DNA from: Rebecca billardiae RCC1528
Lineage: Eukaryota > Protista > Haptophyta
DNA: 64,000 nt
Direction of reading: 5' to 3'
NCBI GenBank assembly: GCA_965240325.2
Contig: OZ251241.1
Span: forward strand, 682,001-746,000
Within the stretch, counting starts at the first letter, position 1. Every line of letters starts with the position of its first letter. A model generated the notes under the pieces. The model was not told the DNA's origin. It saw nothing but the letters and a program-made list of their open reading frames with translations, and searched no databases. The translations under genes were made by a program, and so were the position numbers. Of the stretch, positions 18,185 through 31,300 are shown piece after piece.

Positions 18185-19885
18185 TCACAGGCCCCAGCAC
18201 GCGAGCTCCGACGTGAGCGGCTCCAGCAGCGTACTCAGCTCGTCCCTGTGCTCGCGCCGCTCAGCCGCGAGCGTCTCCGCCAGCTCGCGCGCACCCTCCA
18301 TTGCATGGCTGAGCTCAGCCTCGGCCGTGTGCTCGGCGCGCCACCCTGGGTCGGCGGCATGAGGCTGCCGCTCTGCAGCCAGTGCGTACACGGCAGGTAG
18401 AAGCGGAGCCTCACCGATCAGCACGCGCGCTGTGGACCCCTGCTGCTCGGCCGGTCGCCGTGCGTCCTGCTCGCCCGTCGCCGTGTCGGGCCGCGGCCAG
18501 GTCTCACAGTTGGCGCGCGCCGCCAGGCGCGCGTCGCGCCAGGCTGCCGGCTGCGCGCCTTGCAGCAGCAACGCGACGCGCCGTGCGTCAGCGAGGTCCT
18601 CAACGCTATGCGCACGCGTGCCTGCGGCCGGCGCGTGCCGGGCGAGCTCGAGTGCCGCGGCGCGCTGCTCGTCAGCAAGTGCGGCACACAGCTCAGAGAC
18701 CGTGCGCGGGGGTTCGACTCTGCTAGCCGCTGCGTGCGCCATGCGCGAGTCGGGCACGTCGGTGCCGACACGCGTGCTGAGGGCCCGCGCAGGCTGCGCG
18801 CCTCCCGGGCCCGCGGCCACGGCGAGCGCCCACCGCCAAAACGCACGCTCGTGCCGGCGCGCCTCCGCGCTCGCGCGCAGCGCCTGCAGCGCATGCTTCA
18901 GGGCACCCTTGCCCGCGCGCGCGCCGGCCGACGCTTCCGATTCGCCCGAATCGGCCGGAACCCCATGCGCTGCGCGCGGCGCAGAAGCTGGCGCGACACG
19001 TGGCGCGGGTTCCGCGGCTGCCGTCGCACCGTCCTCGTGCTCCGCACCGCCGAGCGTGCATGCCCACAGCTCGAAGAGCGTCCAGCCGTGCGGGGCGGCA
19101 CCCCCACCACGCGCACCCGCGTCGGCCGCGTCTGTCGCGTGTGCGCGCGGCAGGCGCGCCGCGAGGCCCACCTGCTGCGCGCGGTCGATGAGACGCGCGC
19201 GCCACGCATGCGCGGAGATGAGGCCGCGCAGGGCCAGGTGAAGCATGCCGAGCAGCGCGAGCACCGTGTGCGCCGCGCTCACGATCGCCTCAGCGAGCGT
19301 GGGCTGCTCCTCGCCCGCCTGACTTGGCTTGCCCGCGGCGCGCGCCAGCATATGGAGCACCGATCGGCGGCCGTCATCGACTCGCGCGCGCGCGGCGGCG
19401 GCGGCCTCCTCGGCCCGATGGCGGTTGTGAGGGAGGTCGGCGGTGTCCACAGGCCAGAGTGGCGCTCCCACGCGCCGGAGCTCGCGTTCGCTGGCGATGC
19501 GAAGTGCGTGCGTGTGAGACACGAGCCACGCAAATGCGCACGCAAATGCGCGCGTGCGCGAGCCAACGTTAGGCGTGCCACCGAGCTCACGCGCAGACAC
19601 GAGGTACACGTCTGCACGGCTGTACCCGCACGCGCGCAGGTGATGCTGCGCGAATAGGAGGACGTCGGCATCAGTCGCGGCCACGCGAGCGCGCTCGGCG
19701 TCGCCAACGCCGACATCCACCGGCCAGCCGGCGACGTGCATGAGGGCGAGGTCGTGAAGTGCGTGGAGGAGCGCCGAGTCGGCCTTTCCAAGGCCCTTCG
19801 CGGCCGCCGCGAGATCGGCAGCCGTCACGCGCACGCCCAGTGTGCCGAGCATGGCGCACGCCCCGTCAAGCTGCGCGGCCGCCAT
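18185..19885 (-). CDS. TEDC1: Tubulin epsilon and delta complex protein 1-like
   Basis: GYSRADVY..GSRTRAFACAFAWL and RRHERAFWRW resemble recalled TEDC1 blocks (GYPR..GSRELLLALSWL; SELVFWRW); C-terminal coiled coil. Confidence 0.65.
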   Translation of the reverse strand: MAAAQLDGACAMLGTLGVRVTAADLAAAAKGLGKADSALLHALHDLALMHVAGWPVDVGVGDAERARVAATDADVLLFAQHHLRACGYSRADVYLVSARELGGTPNVGSRTRAFACAFAWLVSHTHALRIASERELRRVGAPLWPVDTADLPHNRHRAEEAAAAARARVDDGRRSVLHMLARAAGKPSQAGEEQPTLAEAIVSAAHTVLALLGMLHLALRGLISAHAWRARLIDRAQQVGLAARLPRAHATDAADAGARGGGAAPHGWTLFELWACTLGGAEHEDGATAAAEPAPRVAPASAPRAAHGVPADSGESEASAGARAGKGALKHALQALRASAEARRHERAFWRWALAVAAGPGGAQPARALSTRVGTDVPDSRMAHAAASRVEPPRTVSELCAALADEQRAAALELARHAPAAGTRAHSVEDLADARRVALLLQGAQPAAWRDARLAARANCETWPRPDTATGEQDARRPAEQQGSTARVLIGEAPLLPAVYALAAERQPHAADPGWRAEHTAEAELSHAMEGARELAETLAAERREHRDELSTLLEPLTSELACWGL

Positions 19886-22808
19886 TGGCTCGGCGGCCGT
19901 TCATCTACAGTTTAATGCTAAGTTAGAGTACAGTACTGGTGACTGGGTGATCAACGACAACAGGTACATACAAGCACGTGTGGCATCGCTGCAAACCCGC
20001 GCGCTAGTACTACAGCTGTGGCCGCGGCGCCGCCTGCGCCGCACTCGGCTCCGCAGGCCACTGGCTGACCGGCGCGGGGCCCCGAGTGCTGGCACTCGAT
20101 AGTCGATGATCCGAGTCGATGCTGGCGAGTCGCGGCGACTCCCGCGTCACACCGCGCCAGGCCCAGACTCAGAGGGCGACAGCCGGGCAGGCGGCGCGCT
20201 TTCCCGGAGGCAGACCGAGCTGACGGGTCTCGGATAAAATGGCGCCGTACTGACACAGACGCGAATATATACTATGATACAGTAGTTGGGCTCTAGCCTC
20301 TAGCTCAGGCGTGTATAGTGAAAGGCCGCGGCATGATGACGGATAGTCGGCCGGCGTGCAGACCGGCTCGGGCGGACGCGGTGTGCCCGAGCCAAGTCGT
20401 GTAGCTCATCAAGAGATATCACAAGTCTTACGTCCGCCTGCTATTCTCCCGATACATACTGGCACTGTAGTGTACACGAGATGCAGGTTCTCTGTCCAGG
20501 TCGGATAAGCAGGTGGGCTTTCACGCAGGATGAACGCGGCCGTCTGCCACACGGATTTGGTTGGGACGGCAGAACCCCGTGTCCAGGGCCGCGACCGTCG
20601 GTGGGCATTGCCATTCATCAGGCCGTGAAGAGTGCAGGCTGCTTATCGTTGTTGGCAGGAAATGTGGCGTCCCGCCAACACAGCGAGCATTCGGTCTCTG
20701 CGTACGTCTCGTTTGCGGTGTACTTCGTGCGCATGCCGAGCGGCAGTCCAGTCATGCATGCGTCGCGGCGTCGAAGCTTCGGCTGGCGGACCGGGGCGGG
20801 CTGAGACGACGCCAATGCCGACATCCATGACGTAGCGGCGGCCCCTGCGCAAAAGGCGAGCGAGAGCAACCTCGATGAGGCGTGCGTGTTCGGCGGCGGC
20901 AATGAGCTCATCATGACGAGCGGGAATGGAGCTTAAACGGGGGGGTCGGCACGAGAAAAGTTCCACAGAGTGGGCGGGAAAGGTTAAACACCCCCCCGGC
21001 ACCAGTCGTTTCGCAAAGTTGGGAGCCCAACCTTGTACTCCGTTCGAGACAGATACGATCTGTCTCGGATGATAGGATCAAGGATGATATGATGCCACGA
21101 AACTTGAGTACTCGAGTAGTCGAGTAGCTGAAGTCTGGTTCTGAACAATATTAGTGACGAGCCAGGCTGTGCACCCCCATTCCAACAATGACCAATCACT
21201 GGAGGTTTCGCCCAGTCGCCGACCATATGATAATCAAGCTTAAACCTGAAAGATTCCTCCAAGAACTCTTTAGGGGGGTTCCCCGCATTGGTCATACCCA
21301 AATTCCTTCCTGCTATCGAAACGGGCTTCCTCCATTTGAAGCGGGTACATTTGAATACGGAAAAAGGCAAAGCCCCGCAGCGGGGGCTTTGCTTTTCAGG
21401 AGCGTGTGGCAGGATCCCTGGAACGCCCTTGACGCGCCCAGGCCGCCGCGACCCTTCGCTGTCGTTGGCGATGATGATGCTTGAAGCGAGGCAGCCGAGC
21501 AGGCGAAGGCGTGCATCTGCTCCGTAAGCGTGTTTTGGGGGGAAACGTTTGCTCGTTCTCGAGCGCTGCATACCGCTGTGTGCAGCTTGCAACCGCTCAG
21601 GCCGGCGCTGGCGGGCTGCTGCCAGCTTCACGCCCTGAACGCGGCTCACCGGCTGTTCTGTTTCGGCCCGAAGCTGTCCGACCATTCAATTGAGCCCTCC
21701 GAATGTTACTCGGCCGCGACAACTGCCCGACAGCGGGCTCGGGCTGCGACCAGCCCGACACACAGTCTGGTCTGACGATGACGCTGAGGCAATAGCCCGG
21801 GCACCTGCGCTAATGCCTTCTGTTGATGACCCGGCCAGCCAGGTCACTGGCATACAATAGCAGCTACTGTTCAGTACTGTCAACCGAACTCAATAAGTCA
21901 GCCCGAGGGATGCTGATGCCCATGTGTGTGAGCTGTCTTTCGTTGCCAGATCGGCGCCATTTCACGAGTGGTGGCGCCGCACTGCTCGGGCCCGTGCCGC
22001 TGTGGCGCCATCCCGATTGATACTATGATAGTCGTAATGAATGGGCACACGTGCACGGCCGTCCACCACTGACGTCGTGACGGCCATCCGAGTAATGCTA
22101 CTCATCACGACAATATTTTCAGAGGCCGTCAAGTTATGACGAAGCACGGACCAGGATGCGCAGTCTCGCCGTCAGCGGTAAGCGGAGTCGTCGCTGCGGG
22201 AGTGCAGCGGGTCGTGTGGAGCTCGGCCGTCCACGTCGGCCGGCCAGGTACCGGGGCGGTAAGCTAAGTGTGGAGGGGCCAAGTTGCTGAACAAATCTCA
22301 ACGGACAACGGTGCAGCTCTGCAATAATGGTCCCTGCGCGGATCTACAATGGTCCTTTCATACGACTCAGTACTGCCGAATAGTCATAGTGAGTAGGAGC
22401 CACCCGAGGGCTGCTGTCCCAACTGCTGTACTATACGGCACAAGGTTCCGCGGGCTGACGCCGCGGCAGTTCTTCAGTGGTGCCACTGACTACCGGGCCA
22501 GGCGGCTGATGGAGTACGGTGCCGCGGCTGCGCATGAGTCCTGGCGTGGCGCCGCGACCATCGTCGTTATTAATTATTATTTCTCCCCACCGCGTCTGCT
22601 GCTCGTCATGTTTAGTTATATAATAATAATAAAATTTATCGCATATATATATAGCGCGTCAGATGATTAGACCTGAGACGACCGCACTACAAGCTAATTG
22701 CCGGTACCCAGCCTGAGCTCAGTATTCATGTAACAACTTAACGGCCAGTCAGATTATTGATCTTTATAGCGCGCAGATTGCTTTACTTACTGTAGCTAGG
22801 TCCATGAC

Positions 22809-23891
22809 TCATGTGGGCTTTGCTTTTCGCGACCCCAACGTCGTTGCCTTCTGCATCTGGCTGTCAGGATCGCAAAGCTTCTCTTCGGAGACGGCGACGC
22901 GGAGTGTGCGCGCAGTGGCCCACCTGGCGACTTGGATATCCACCAAGTACGGGGCCTCTCCCTCTACCATATCGAGAAGGACTTGCACGGTGCTCTCCCG
23001 CACGAGGACTGCTCCCATGCCGTACGCAAATGGCACCCGAGCGGAGTCCACTCGCCGATTTTTGCGCCAGGCGTCCGGATCGGCGCGCAACTCAGCCAGC
23101 TCCTCTGGTGTGTACGCGTTGCGCTTGCGCTGGAGATTGAAATGGTGCATTCGCGGGGAGGAATGGTCAGCATCCACGTCAACTTTCGCGATGTCCCATG
23201 TGTGCGGCGGGTACTTGCGCAGAAAGCGACAGAGGCGCCACCGATAGTCGGGGAGCACCATGGTGTCGTCTTCCATCAGCATGTAGTACCTTTCCAGCTG
23301 TGATGATGGTCGTTGAGTCACATTCTGCTGAGAGGGCAAAGCATCAGCCCCTCCGCTTATGATATCGTTGGTGAGCTTGCGCAGCATGTACATCCAGCCC
23401 ATGTAGTTCGCCAGGAGACGGGCGCAGACCGATGGGCTGAGGCTGGTCGACTCGAGAACGCCAGTCATGTTCGTAGCGTACGCCGTGACGTGGAAGCAGC
23501 CGAGGGGATTGCGAAGGATACTGCTCAAGCAATTCATGAGCGACGCCTTCTGCGACCGCCTGCCACGCCGCTCGCCCCTGGAAACGACCGCCGTGCACCG
23601 CTTTTGCGAGCGCAGCATCCTCACCAGATTCGTTTGCGCGTAGCGCGGGTCCTCGAGGAGCTCGCGCAACTTCGGCACGGCTGGCTCAATGGCTTGCACA
23701 CGCACCGGCTTCACAGCTGCCTTGCGCAGTGTGCGCATCATGAACTCCTGCCGCTCTACGTCACGGTTGCGATTGAGGTAGTACGCTGCCGTGACCTCGG
23801 GCAGCTGACTTCGGTCGACGTCGCAATGGGCATGGAGCTCACCTGCGATGCCCGTAGCCGCGAGCAACCAGTAGATGCAGGGGGGCGCCAT
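22809..23891 (-). CDS. Glycosyltransferase family 25-like protein with signal/anchor
   Basis: YYLNRNRDVERQEFM, PVRVQAI and YYMLMEDD motifs; intronless. Confidence 0.7.
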   Translation of the reverse strand: MAPPCIYWLLAATGIAGELHAHCDVDRSQLPEVTAAYYLNRNRDVERQEFMMRTLRKAAVKPVRVQAIEPAVPKLRELLEDPRYAQTNLVRMLRSQKRCTAVVSRGERRGRRSQKASLMNCLSSILRNPLGCFHVTAYATNMTGVLESTSLSPSVCARLLANYMGWMYMLRKLTNDIISGGADALPSQQNVTQRPSSQLERYYMLMEDDTMVLPDYRWRLCRFLRKYPPHTWDIAKVDVDADHSSPRMHHFNLQRKRNAYTPEELAELRADPDAWRKNRRVDSARVPFAYGMGAVLVRESTVQVLLDMVEGEAPYLVDIQVARWATARTLRVAVSEEKLCDPDSQMQKATTLGSRKAKPT

Positions 23892-25365
23892 CCGAGCCTC
23901 TGGCGATGCCCGCCATCCGCTTGACGAAGCTCATTATTGCGCCATCCGAATAATAATGAGCAGGGCGGAAATTGCGCGCGCTGCGACGCCCCAACGATCC
24001 GCCTGCAGGGGTGCGGTGCCGGTCACCCGGCTTGATCAGTCTGAAGTCTCAAGCTATTTCGATGACGATATTATCGCGGGGCAGGCGGAGCTCTGCTACC
24101 AACGCCGACTTATCGACGCGCGATCGACGAGCAGATAAATCATAGAATTGGTCTGAAGCCGCTGGGAAGGTGAGCCGTGCCTGCCGGCGGCCACAGCGGC
24201 GGGCCCATCAGTGGCATGCGCACTCTGAGTTCTTGCATTATTCCTGTCAATTTCTTGCATCACCGTACTACTATTGTGTCCGGTTATGATACTAATTATT
24301 AATTAATCAATACCGTATGTATGGTGTCTAGTGAGTACTGTCTCAGAGCTAGCCGCCAGCTGTCACTAGGCTGAATTCGGCGGCGGCCGCGGCACGGAGG
24401 AACAGTGAGTCAGGCACTGCTGATGAGCAGGCAGGTTCGGCTCAGGTGCAGACCTGCCCGCACCACCCGACCACCCGTCCCAACCGGGAAGTCGGAAGGC
24501 TCCTGAAGCCCGTCCGCAGTGTAGGGGGCTTGGGACGGGTGGGGCCACCGATGTGCTGGGGATGCTCATGCGGGCCCAGTCAAAAGTATGTCGTCGTATT
24601 GATATGTACAGGTCGATGAGGGCAGAATGAGACAGGGGGCACTTTGAGACAAAGGCGGCGGCCCAGTGGCGGCCCAGTGGCGCCCACTGGGCATGGTGCA
24701 TGGCGCCCGCCTCGCACGCGCTACAGCGCCCGGTGAGGTGGACGCAAGTCTGTCGAGACGCGTCACATGTGTGCCCAAGGTGCATGCCTGGCACCTCCGC
24801 TCGTTTGCCGGCCGCTCCGCTGCCCATGCCTGGCCTGCACGCACCAAACGTAGCCGCCGAACGTGCCCCGCCACTGTGAGACGGCCGCGAACCGCGATGC
24901 ACGGTGCCCTTCAGTGACGTGAGCAAGATAGTCTACTACTGCAAGGGGACGCCAACCTGACGGCTGGCCATGCCATGGGAGGTAGTAGGGACGTCAGACA
25001 CGCGCCAAGAGCCCATGGGAAGCTTGCTCTCCCCAGTTGGTGAGCTCGTCGGGCGTGCGCACGCGGTTTGTCTCAAAGTGCCCTCCCCCCCCCAAAGTGA
25101 GACAAACTTGATGGTGCTCGTGCTCCTCAACGGCATGGAGTTAGCCCACGAGACTCGCAGCTTGAACTCTTGGTCTGATGCCCTCCACGACGACGTGCGC
25201 GAAGGGCGTGAGCGCCATCGTGGTGGAGCGCAAAACACGATCCGGGCGGATTTTGTCTCATTCTGCCCTCACCCACCTGTAGTATCAAAAAGCAGTAGCA
25301 GTATTGTCAAAATAAAGGATGATCATCCGCGGCCGAAACTCGGCGGGAGCGACCACGACCGAACG

Positions 25366-28057
25366 ATGGGGGCCGACAGCGACGAGCTACGGCTCGTCAA
25401 CGAGTACCGGCTGATGCACGGCCTGGCGATGCAGCTCTTCGACAGCCTCAAGTATCTCCCGCACTACGGGGACCACCTCTGGCGCCCCAGCTTTCAGCGC
25501 GCGTTCGAGCTCTTCGCCAAGCTGTGGAAGTACCAGCAGGACCACCGCGCCGTGCTGGCGGACGAGGCGCACTACGGGCTCACGCGCTGGGAGATTGGCG
25601 TGATCGCCGCGAAGATCGGCCAGCTGTACTACTTCTACTACCTGCGCACGGGTGACGTGGGCTACCTCAACGAGTCGTACGTCTTCTACGACGCGGTGCG
25701 CGCACGCCGCTACTTCCACGACGAGCACGGCGGGCCAAGCGACACGGCCGCCAAGCTCGCCGTCAGGCTGCGGTACACGACGCGCTTCGCGGTGGTGTGC
25801 GTGCTCGTCGGCCGGCGCGCCCTCCACGCCGAGCTGAACGACGAGCTCACCGAGCTCGTCCGGCAGTACGCCACGCACGCGCCGCCCGACCTGGGCGAGT
25901 GGCAGCGCGTGCTCGCGGACATGCGCGCCGTGCGTGAGCAGTACGACGCAGTCCGGGTGCTCGGCGTGCCGGCCGCGTCGAGTCCGGGCGCGCGCGGCGC
26001 GGGGATCAGCTCGCCGCTCGCGCTGGACGACGGTATCGCGCTCTCCGACGGCGCGCCCGGCGGGCTCAGCGCAGGCGTGGCGCCCGGGAGCGGATGCGCG
26101 GGCGGGCTGCCGCCTGGGGCGTGTGGCTCGCAGCCGCCGTGCGCGGGCGGCACCGCTGCCTCCTCCCCGCCGGCGATGGCGGCGGCTGACGGCGCGGGGA
26201 TGGCCCTCGGCGGGCTGCTCGCGGACACGCCGTGCGTCGCGACGCGGCCCGCGCCGTGCTCCCTCCCGCACGCCTCCGCGCAGACCCACCACCACCTCGG
26301 CGGCATCGCCTCGGCCGCGGGCGCGGGCGCGGAGCTGCGCGAGGTGCTCCTTGTCGGTACGGACCCCCAGCAGGTGGGCGCGCGCGCTCGCGCGGGGGCC
26401 CGCGCGCGCGGGTGGGCGGCGCGCCCCGGCCGGGCTTGCGCGCGGCTGGGGCTTCCGCGCGCGCGCCCAGCTCACGCGCGCCCGCCGGCCGACGGACTTG
26501 CCGACGCGTCCACACCCGCCGTGCCGCCCGTGCGGGCGCGCGCGCGACATTCACGCTTGCGTCCGCGCGTCCGCGCGTCCGCGCGCCGCGGTGTGGCGGC
26601 AGGCGACTCTGGGCGAGCTCACCATCGACGTGCTGCGCATGCTACGCGCGCTTGAGATGCCCGCGACGGCGGGCTCGCATCGCAGCCCGAAGCGTGGCGC
26701 GGCGAGCGCGATCGACGGCGGCGCCGCACTCGACGGCGGCGGCGGCGCCGCGCGCGCGCCGCACAAACTCCTGCTGCACCGGCCGAGCTGCAGCCGCCTG
26801 CTCGGCGCGCTCGCGGCGGCGTGCTCGCAGGCGGCGGCGGGCGGCGGCGCGGTGCTGCTGTACCTCTCGGCGCAGCGCGGCGCGGACCTGCGCTCGGCGC
26901 CCGGCGGCCGCGCCGCGCAGCCCACGCTGCAGCTCACGCCCCGCCCGACCCTCAGCCACACCCTCTCCGAGGCACAGCTGGCCACGCTGCCCGCGCCCGC
27001 TGACGGGCTGCTCTGCGCGGCCGATCTGCTGCCGTTCCAGCGGGGCCCGCTGCTCGTCGTGGCGGACGGGCACGGCTGCGGCGCGTTCGAGCTGGCGCTC
27101 TCGCCCTTCGGCAGCGCCGTCGCCATCCTCCGCTCCGGCGCGGACGAGCTGGGCCTGCACGCCGCCGCGGCGGGCGCGGCCGCGCAGGCCTCCCAGCCAG
27201 CGGCCGGCGGCGGCGCGGACGGCGCGGCGGCGCGGACGGCCGGGCGGCACACTCCCGGCCGCATCCTCACGCACTTCCTCACGGATCCGGTGCTAGCGTT
27301 CTGCCAGCTCGCGCGGCGGCGGACGGTGCGCGCCGACGTGCTCGAGGAGGCGCGCGCGCGCACCGCCACCGCGCTCACCGCGGCAGCCATCGCCTTTGTC
27401 GAGCTCGAGGCGCGGCGCGCGGACGAGGCCTCGGCCTGGCGGCTGCTGCTGAGCGACCGCACGCTGTGCGCACTCGTGACGCGCTTCCTGCTGTGCCGCG
27501 CCGCGCTCAAGCGCTTCACGGTGGGCGCGGCCGCCGCGCCGCCTACGCTGCCCACCGCCTCCCCGCCCATCCCACCGGACATCCTCGACCACCCGACGCT
27601 CAAGCTGCTCGTCGATGAGCTTGACACGCTCACGGCGCGCGGCGGCGGCGCCGCGCCGCTGCCCGCCGACGCGCTGAGTGCGCCGCCAACGTCGTACGCG
27701 GCCGCGGCCTCGGGCGCAGGTACGGCGGCGTCCGCCGGGGGGATGCCCCCTCGGCGCGGGGCCGGCGCAGCGCCGACCGCCCCGCCGAACGCGGCCGGGC
27801 AGAGGGTCGAGAGCACGAGCACGGAGGCTCGGACGTCCGCGGCGGCACCCGTCGACGCTGCCGACAGCGTGCCGCCGCCACCACCGACGTCATCAGCGTC
27901 TCTACCATCCACCGCGGCGCCCGCGTCGGCAGCGGCGGCAGCGTCAGCCGACGACAGGAGCAGCAGGCAGCAGCGCCGCCAACAGCAGACGACGAGAAAG
28001 CAGCAGCAGCAGCCGTCATCATCGTCGTCATCTCAGCGTCAGCAGCAGCGCCAGTGA
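25366..28057 (+). CDS. SCAI: SCAI homolog; intron 26374-26602
   Basis: KLWKYQQDHR, GLTRWEIGVIAAKIGQLYYFYYLRT, ELTIDVLRMLRALE, PHKLLLHRPS. Confidence 0.92.
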
Positions 28058-28397
28058 TGACGGCGCGCGGCTCCGGCCGACGCGCCGCGCCGCGCGCCAA
28101 CCGCCGTCATGTCTCGTCATGAGCGCAGTCAGTGATGGTGTCCTATCAGCGGCGCAGCAGCTAGAATCGTCGCGATGACGACGATCGATGATGCTGATAT
28201 GATCGACTACTACGACTACGCGCGACAAGGATATGCCGAAATGAGTGCGACGAGTCAGCTATATGATTATGATGGATATATTGTATATATCATGTACACT
28301 ACACAGCATGTGCATGCATGGAGCAGTCGTCGGACTCGGATCGTCAGACGAGAGACGGGACGGCGCGTGCGCTCGGGCGGCGGGCTGGCGCAGCAGC

Positions 28398-31300
28398 TCA
28401 GCCCACGCGCCACCTGTCGGCAGTCGAGCTGGCGGCTCCGCCCGCTCCGGCGGTGGAGGCGGTCGCCTCAGACGGGCGCGCGGGCGAGCGGGCGTTCTCC
28501 ATCGACGAGGGCGCGCGCTGGAAAGGAGGGCGGCCGTCGCCCGCTGGGGCGTCGCCTCCCGCGCTGCCAGCCGCGTTCGAGCTCTCATTCGGTGTGCGGA
28601 GGGCGCCCGGCGCCGCGGCGGAGGCGGTGGTGGCCTCCTCGCCGTGCGGGCCGGGCGCGGTGCGGTCGGCGGCGGAGCCGGCGGGTGTCGTGGGCTTCGC
28701 CGGCTCGGCCGTCACCTGGTAGAGCGTGCGCTTGCGCGCCATCGCGTACCGTACGGCGGCGATCACGCACACGCAGACGAGCAGCAGGCCGGCGATGGGC
28801 ACAACGTACATCATCGCGACGAGCGCGTCCGTCATGCGCGCCGTGCGCGTGCGCTCGCGGCCGGCGGCGGCGTCGTCGTCGCCGTCGACCGTGCCGGCGG
28901 TGGTGTGGGCGTCGTCGTCGACGTCGGCGTTGTTCGAGGCGGAGGGCGAGGAGAAGCTCGACTCGATCGACTCGATCCGGATCCCCACGCCGAGCACCGC
29001 GCTGAAGTTGCCGCTCACGACCGCGTCCTCGAAGGTCTGCGCGAGCGCGCCGAGCGCGTCGATCTCCGCCGCGGAGAATTCGGCCGCGTCTCCGACGCCG
29101 GCCGTCTCGTTGGCCGCGGCCTCCTCGTCGCTGAGCAGCGCGAGGTCCTCGTCGGCGGCGGGCTTGGGCTCGGAGACCTGCAGCACCACGGCCGTCTCGT
29201 TCGCCGCGCCGTCCTGCAGCGCGCGCCGGCTCAGCCGGCCGCGCCCCGCCGCGACGTCCGCGGAGGACTGCACGCTCACAACCTTGATGCGCTCTGGTGG
29301 GATCTGCAGGAGCGTGGCCACGTTGAAGACGAGGTTGGCGCCGTCGAAGTCGGCGGCGGGGACGGAGAGGGTGAGCGAGAGCTGCACGACGGCGAGGAGG
29401 CGGAGCAGCACCACCCCGCCGCCCGTCAGCCGGTCGGGCCCGCCGCGCATCGTGAGGAAGAAGCGGCGCTGGTGCGGGTCGAACGCGTGCGTGCCGTGCG
29501 CGTCCGACTGGCGCGGGTAGCGCGGCGCGCCCGCGCCCGCAAAGCCCCACACGTCAGACGAGTCGAACGCGTCGCCGAGCTCGACGCCGTCGACCCAGAC
29601 GGAGAGCGCGAAGGGCTGCGTGAGGAAGAGCGCGAGGCGGAGCGCGCTCGACGGGTCCTCGTCGAAGAAGAAGAGCCGGTGGTGCTTGGGCGGCGAGACG
29701 AAGAAGGTGAGGTTGTAGTTGTTGTTGGGCTGCACCGCCCAGCCGCGGTCCTGCTCGGGCGTAGCCATCAGGCACGTGTCACCGTACGGGCCGCGGGAGA
29801 AGGTGCCCGCGTCGAGGGACTCGCGCCACGCCTTGAAGCGGCCGAGCGCGCGCCCCGTCTGCACCGTCAGGATCCCCGGCGCCTCCCACCACAGCCGGCG
29901 CAGCCGCAGCTGCGGGCAGCGCAGGTGGCCGTCTGCGCTCGAGCACGACTCGATCGCGTTTGCGGGAAAGCCGATCGGGAGGGCGAGCCCGCCCGCGACG
30001 CCGGTCTCGAGGAGCGAGCCGTCCTCGTCGATGACGAACATGTGCGCCAGCGCGTCGCACTCGCGGCCCGGCCCGCAGCTCGAGACGCGGTTCGTGCGCG
30101 AGCCCGCGTTGCGCTCGAGCCAGAGCCGCGTGCCCGCGCCGCCGCCCGCGCCGCCGCCGCCGTCGTCGTCGTCGTCGCCATCGTCGACGACGACCGACGA
30201 TGGCGGCGGCGGCGCGGGCGGCGGCGGCGACGGCGCGGGCGGCGGCGGCGCGTCGTCGCCCTGCAGGCGGCGGCTCGTGCCCCCGGCGGAGGCGCGGCCG
30301 GCGCGCAGCCAGCGCACGTCCGAGAAGCGCTGCGGGTGGTCCACGTCGATCGCCGTCGGGTTGTACGTGTACGCGGCGAGCCGCTTGCCGTGCGCGGCGC
30401 TGCCGGCCACGCACTCGGCGCGCGGCGCAAAGTCGCCGAGCGTCACGGCCGACCAGTGCGCCTCGGAGTAGCGCGAGCCGACGGTGCCGATGCGGTGCTC
30501 CCACGGCATCACGCACTCCTTCACCGGCGTGTTCGGCGGGAAGCACATCCCCGGCAGCTTCGAGCTCGTCTCGCACAGCTTGCCGAGTGAGTTGACCATG
30601 TGAGCGAGCACGCCCACGCGCCACACGGCCGCGCCCATCACGGAGTGGCACTGCGCGCCGACGGTCGCCGCGACGCTCGAGCCGAACTGGCCGATGGCGC
30701 GGCACTCGACGGAGGCGTCGCACGTCGAGGCGCGCGTCGCGCCGAGCACCGTCACGTTGTGGTAGTACACGCGGTGGCGCATGTCCCACGACGGGCGCAC
30801 AAAGTTGAGCGAGAGGCCGATGTGGTTGTCCGAGATTGCAATCTGCTCGAGCCGCGCGTTGGCATTCTGGTCGACGCTGAGCACGCCGACGTGGCCGTTC
30901 TTCCACGCGAGCGCGCCGCGCAGCCGCGCGCACGCGGCGCACGCCCCGCTCGCCGCGCACCCCTTGAGCATGAAGAACCCCGTGAGGCAGCCCACCGCCT
31001 CGTTGAGCGTGCCCACCGGAGCCGAGCCGGGGTCGGGCCCGCGCGCGCACTCCGCCATCAGCTCGGGCCGGAAGACAAAGCCCGAGTCAGCCGAGCCCGC
31101 GGCGACGTTGGCGGCGAGCTCGGCGACGCGCACCTCGAGGAGGAACGCGGCGAACGGGCGGACCCACGCGATCGGCTCGCTCGGGTGGCGCAGCGTCTCC
31201 ATCGCCACGTTGCCGACCACGCGGATCGCGTCGTCCGAGCAGCGGCGCGTGAGCCATACGGCGCTCGCGTACGTGCGGTGGAATACGGAGTGGCGAATTG

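Noticed and set aside
20838-20853. GGCCCCTGCGCAA resembling part of U6 snRNA
   Set aside because: No ACAGAGA box or other U6 sequence nearby
20984-21685. 233-aa minus-strand ORF
   Set aside because: No recognisable motif and codon usage unlike real genes here
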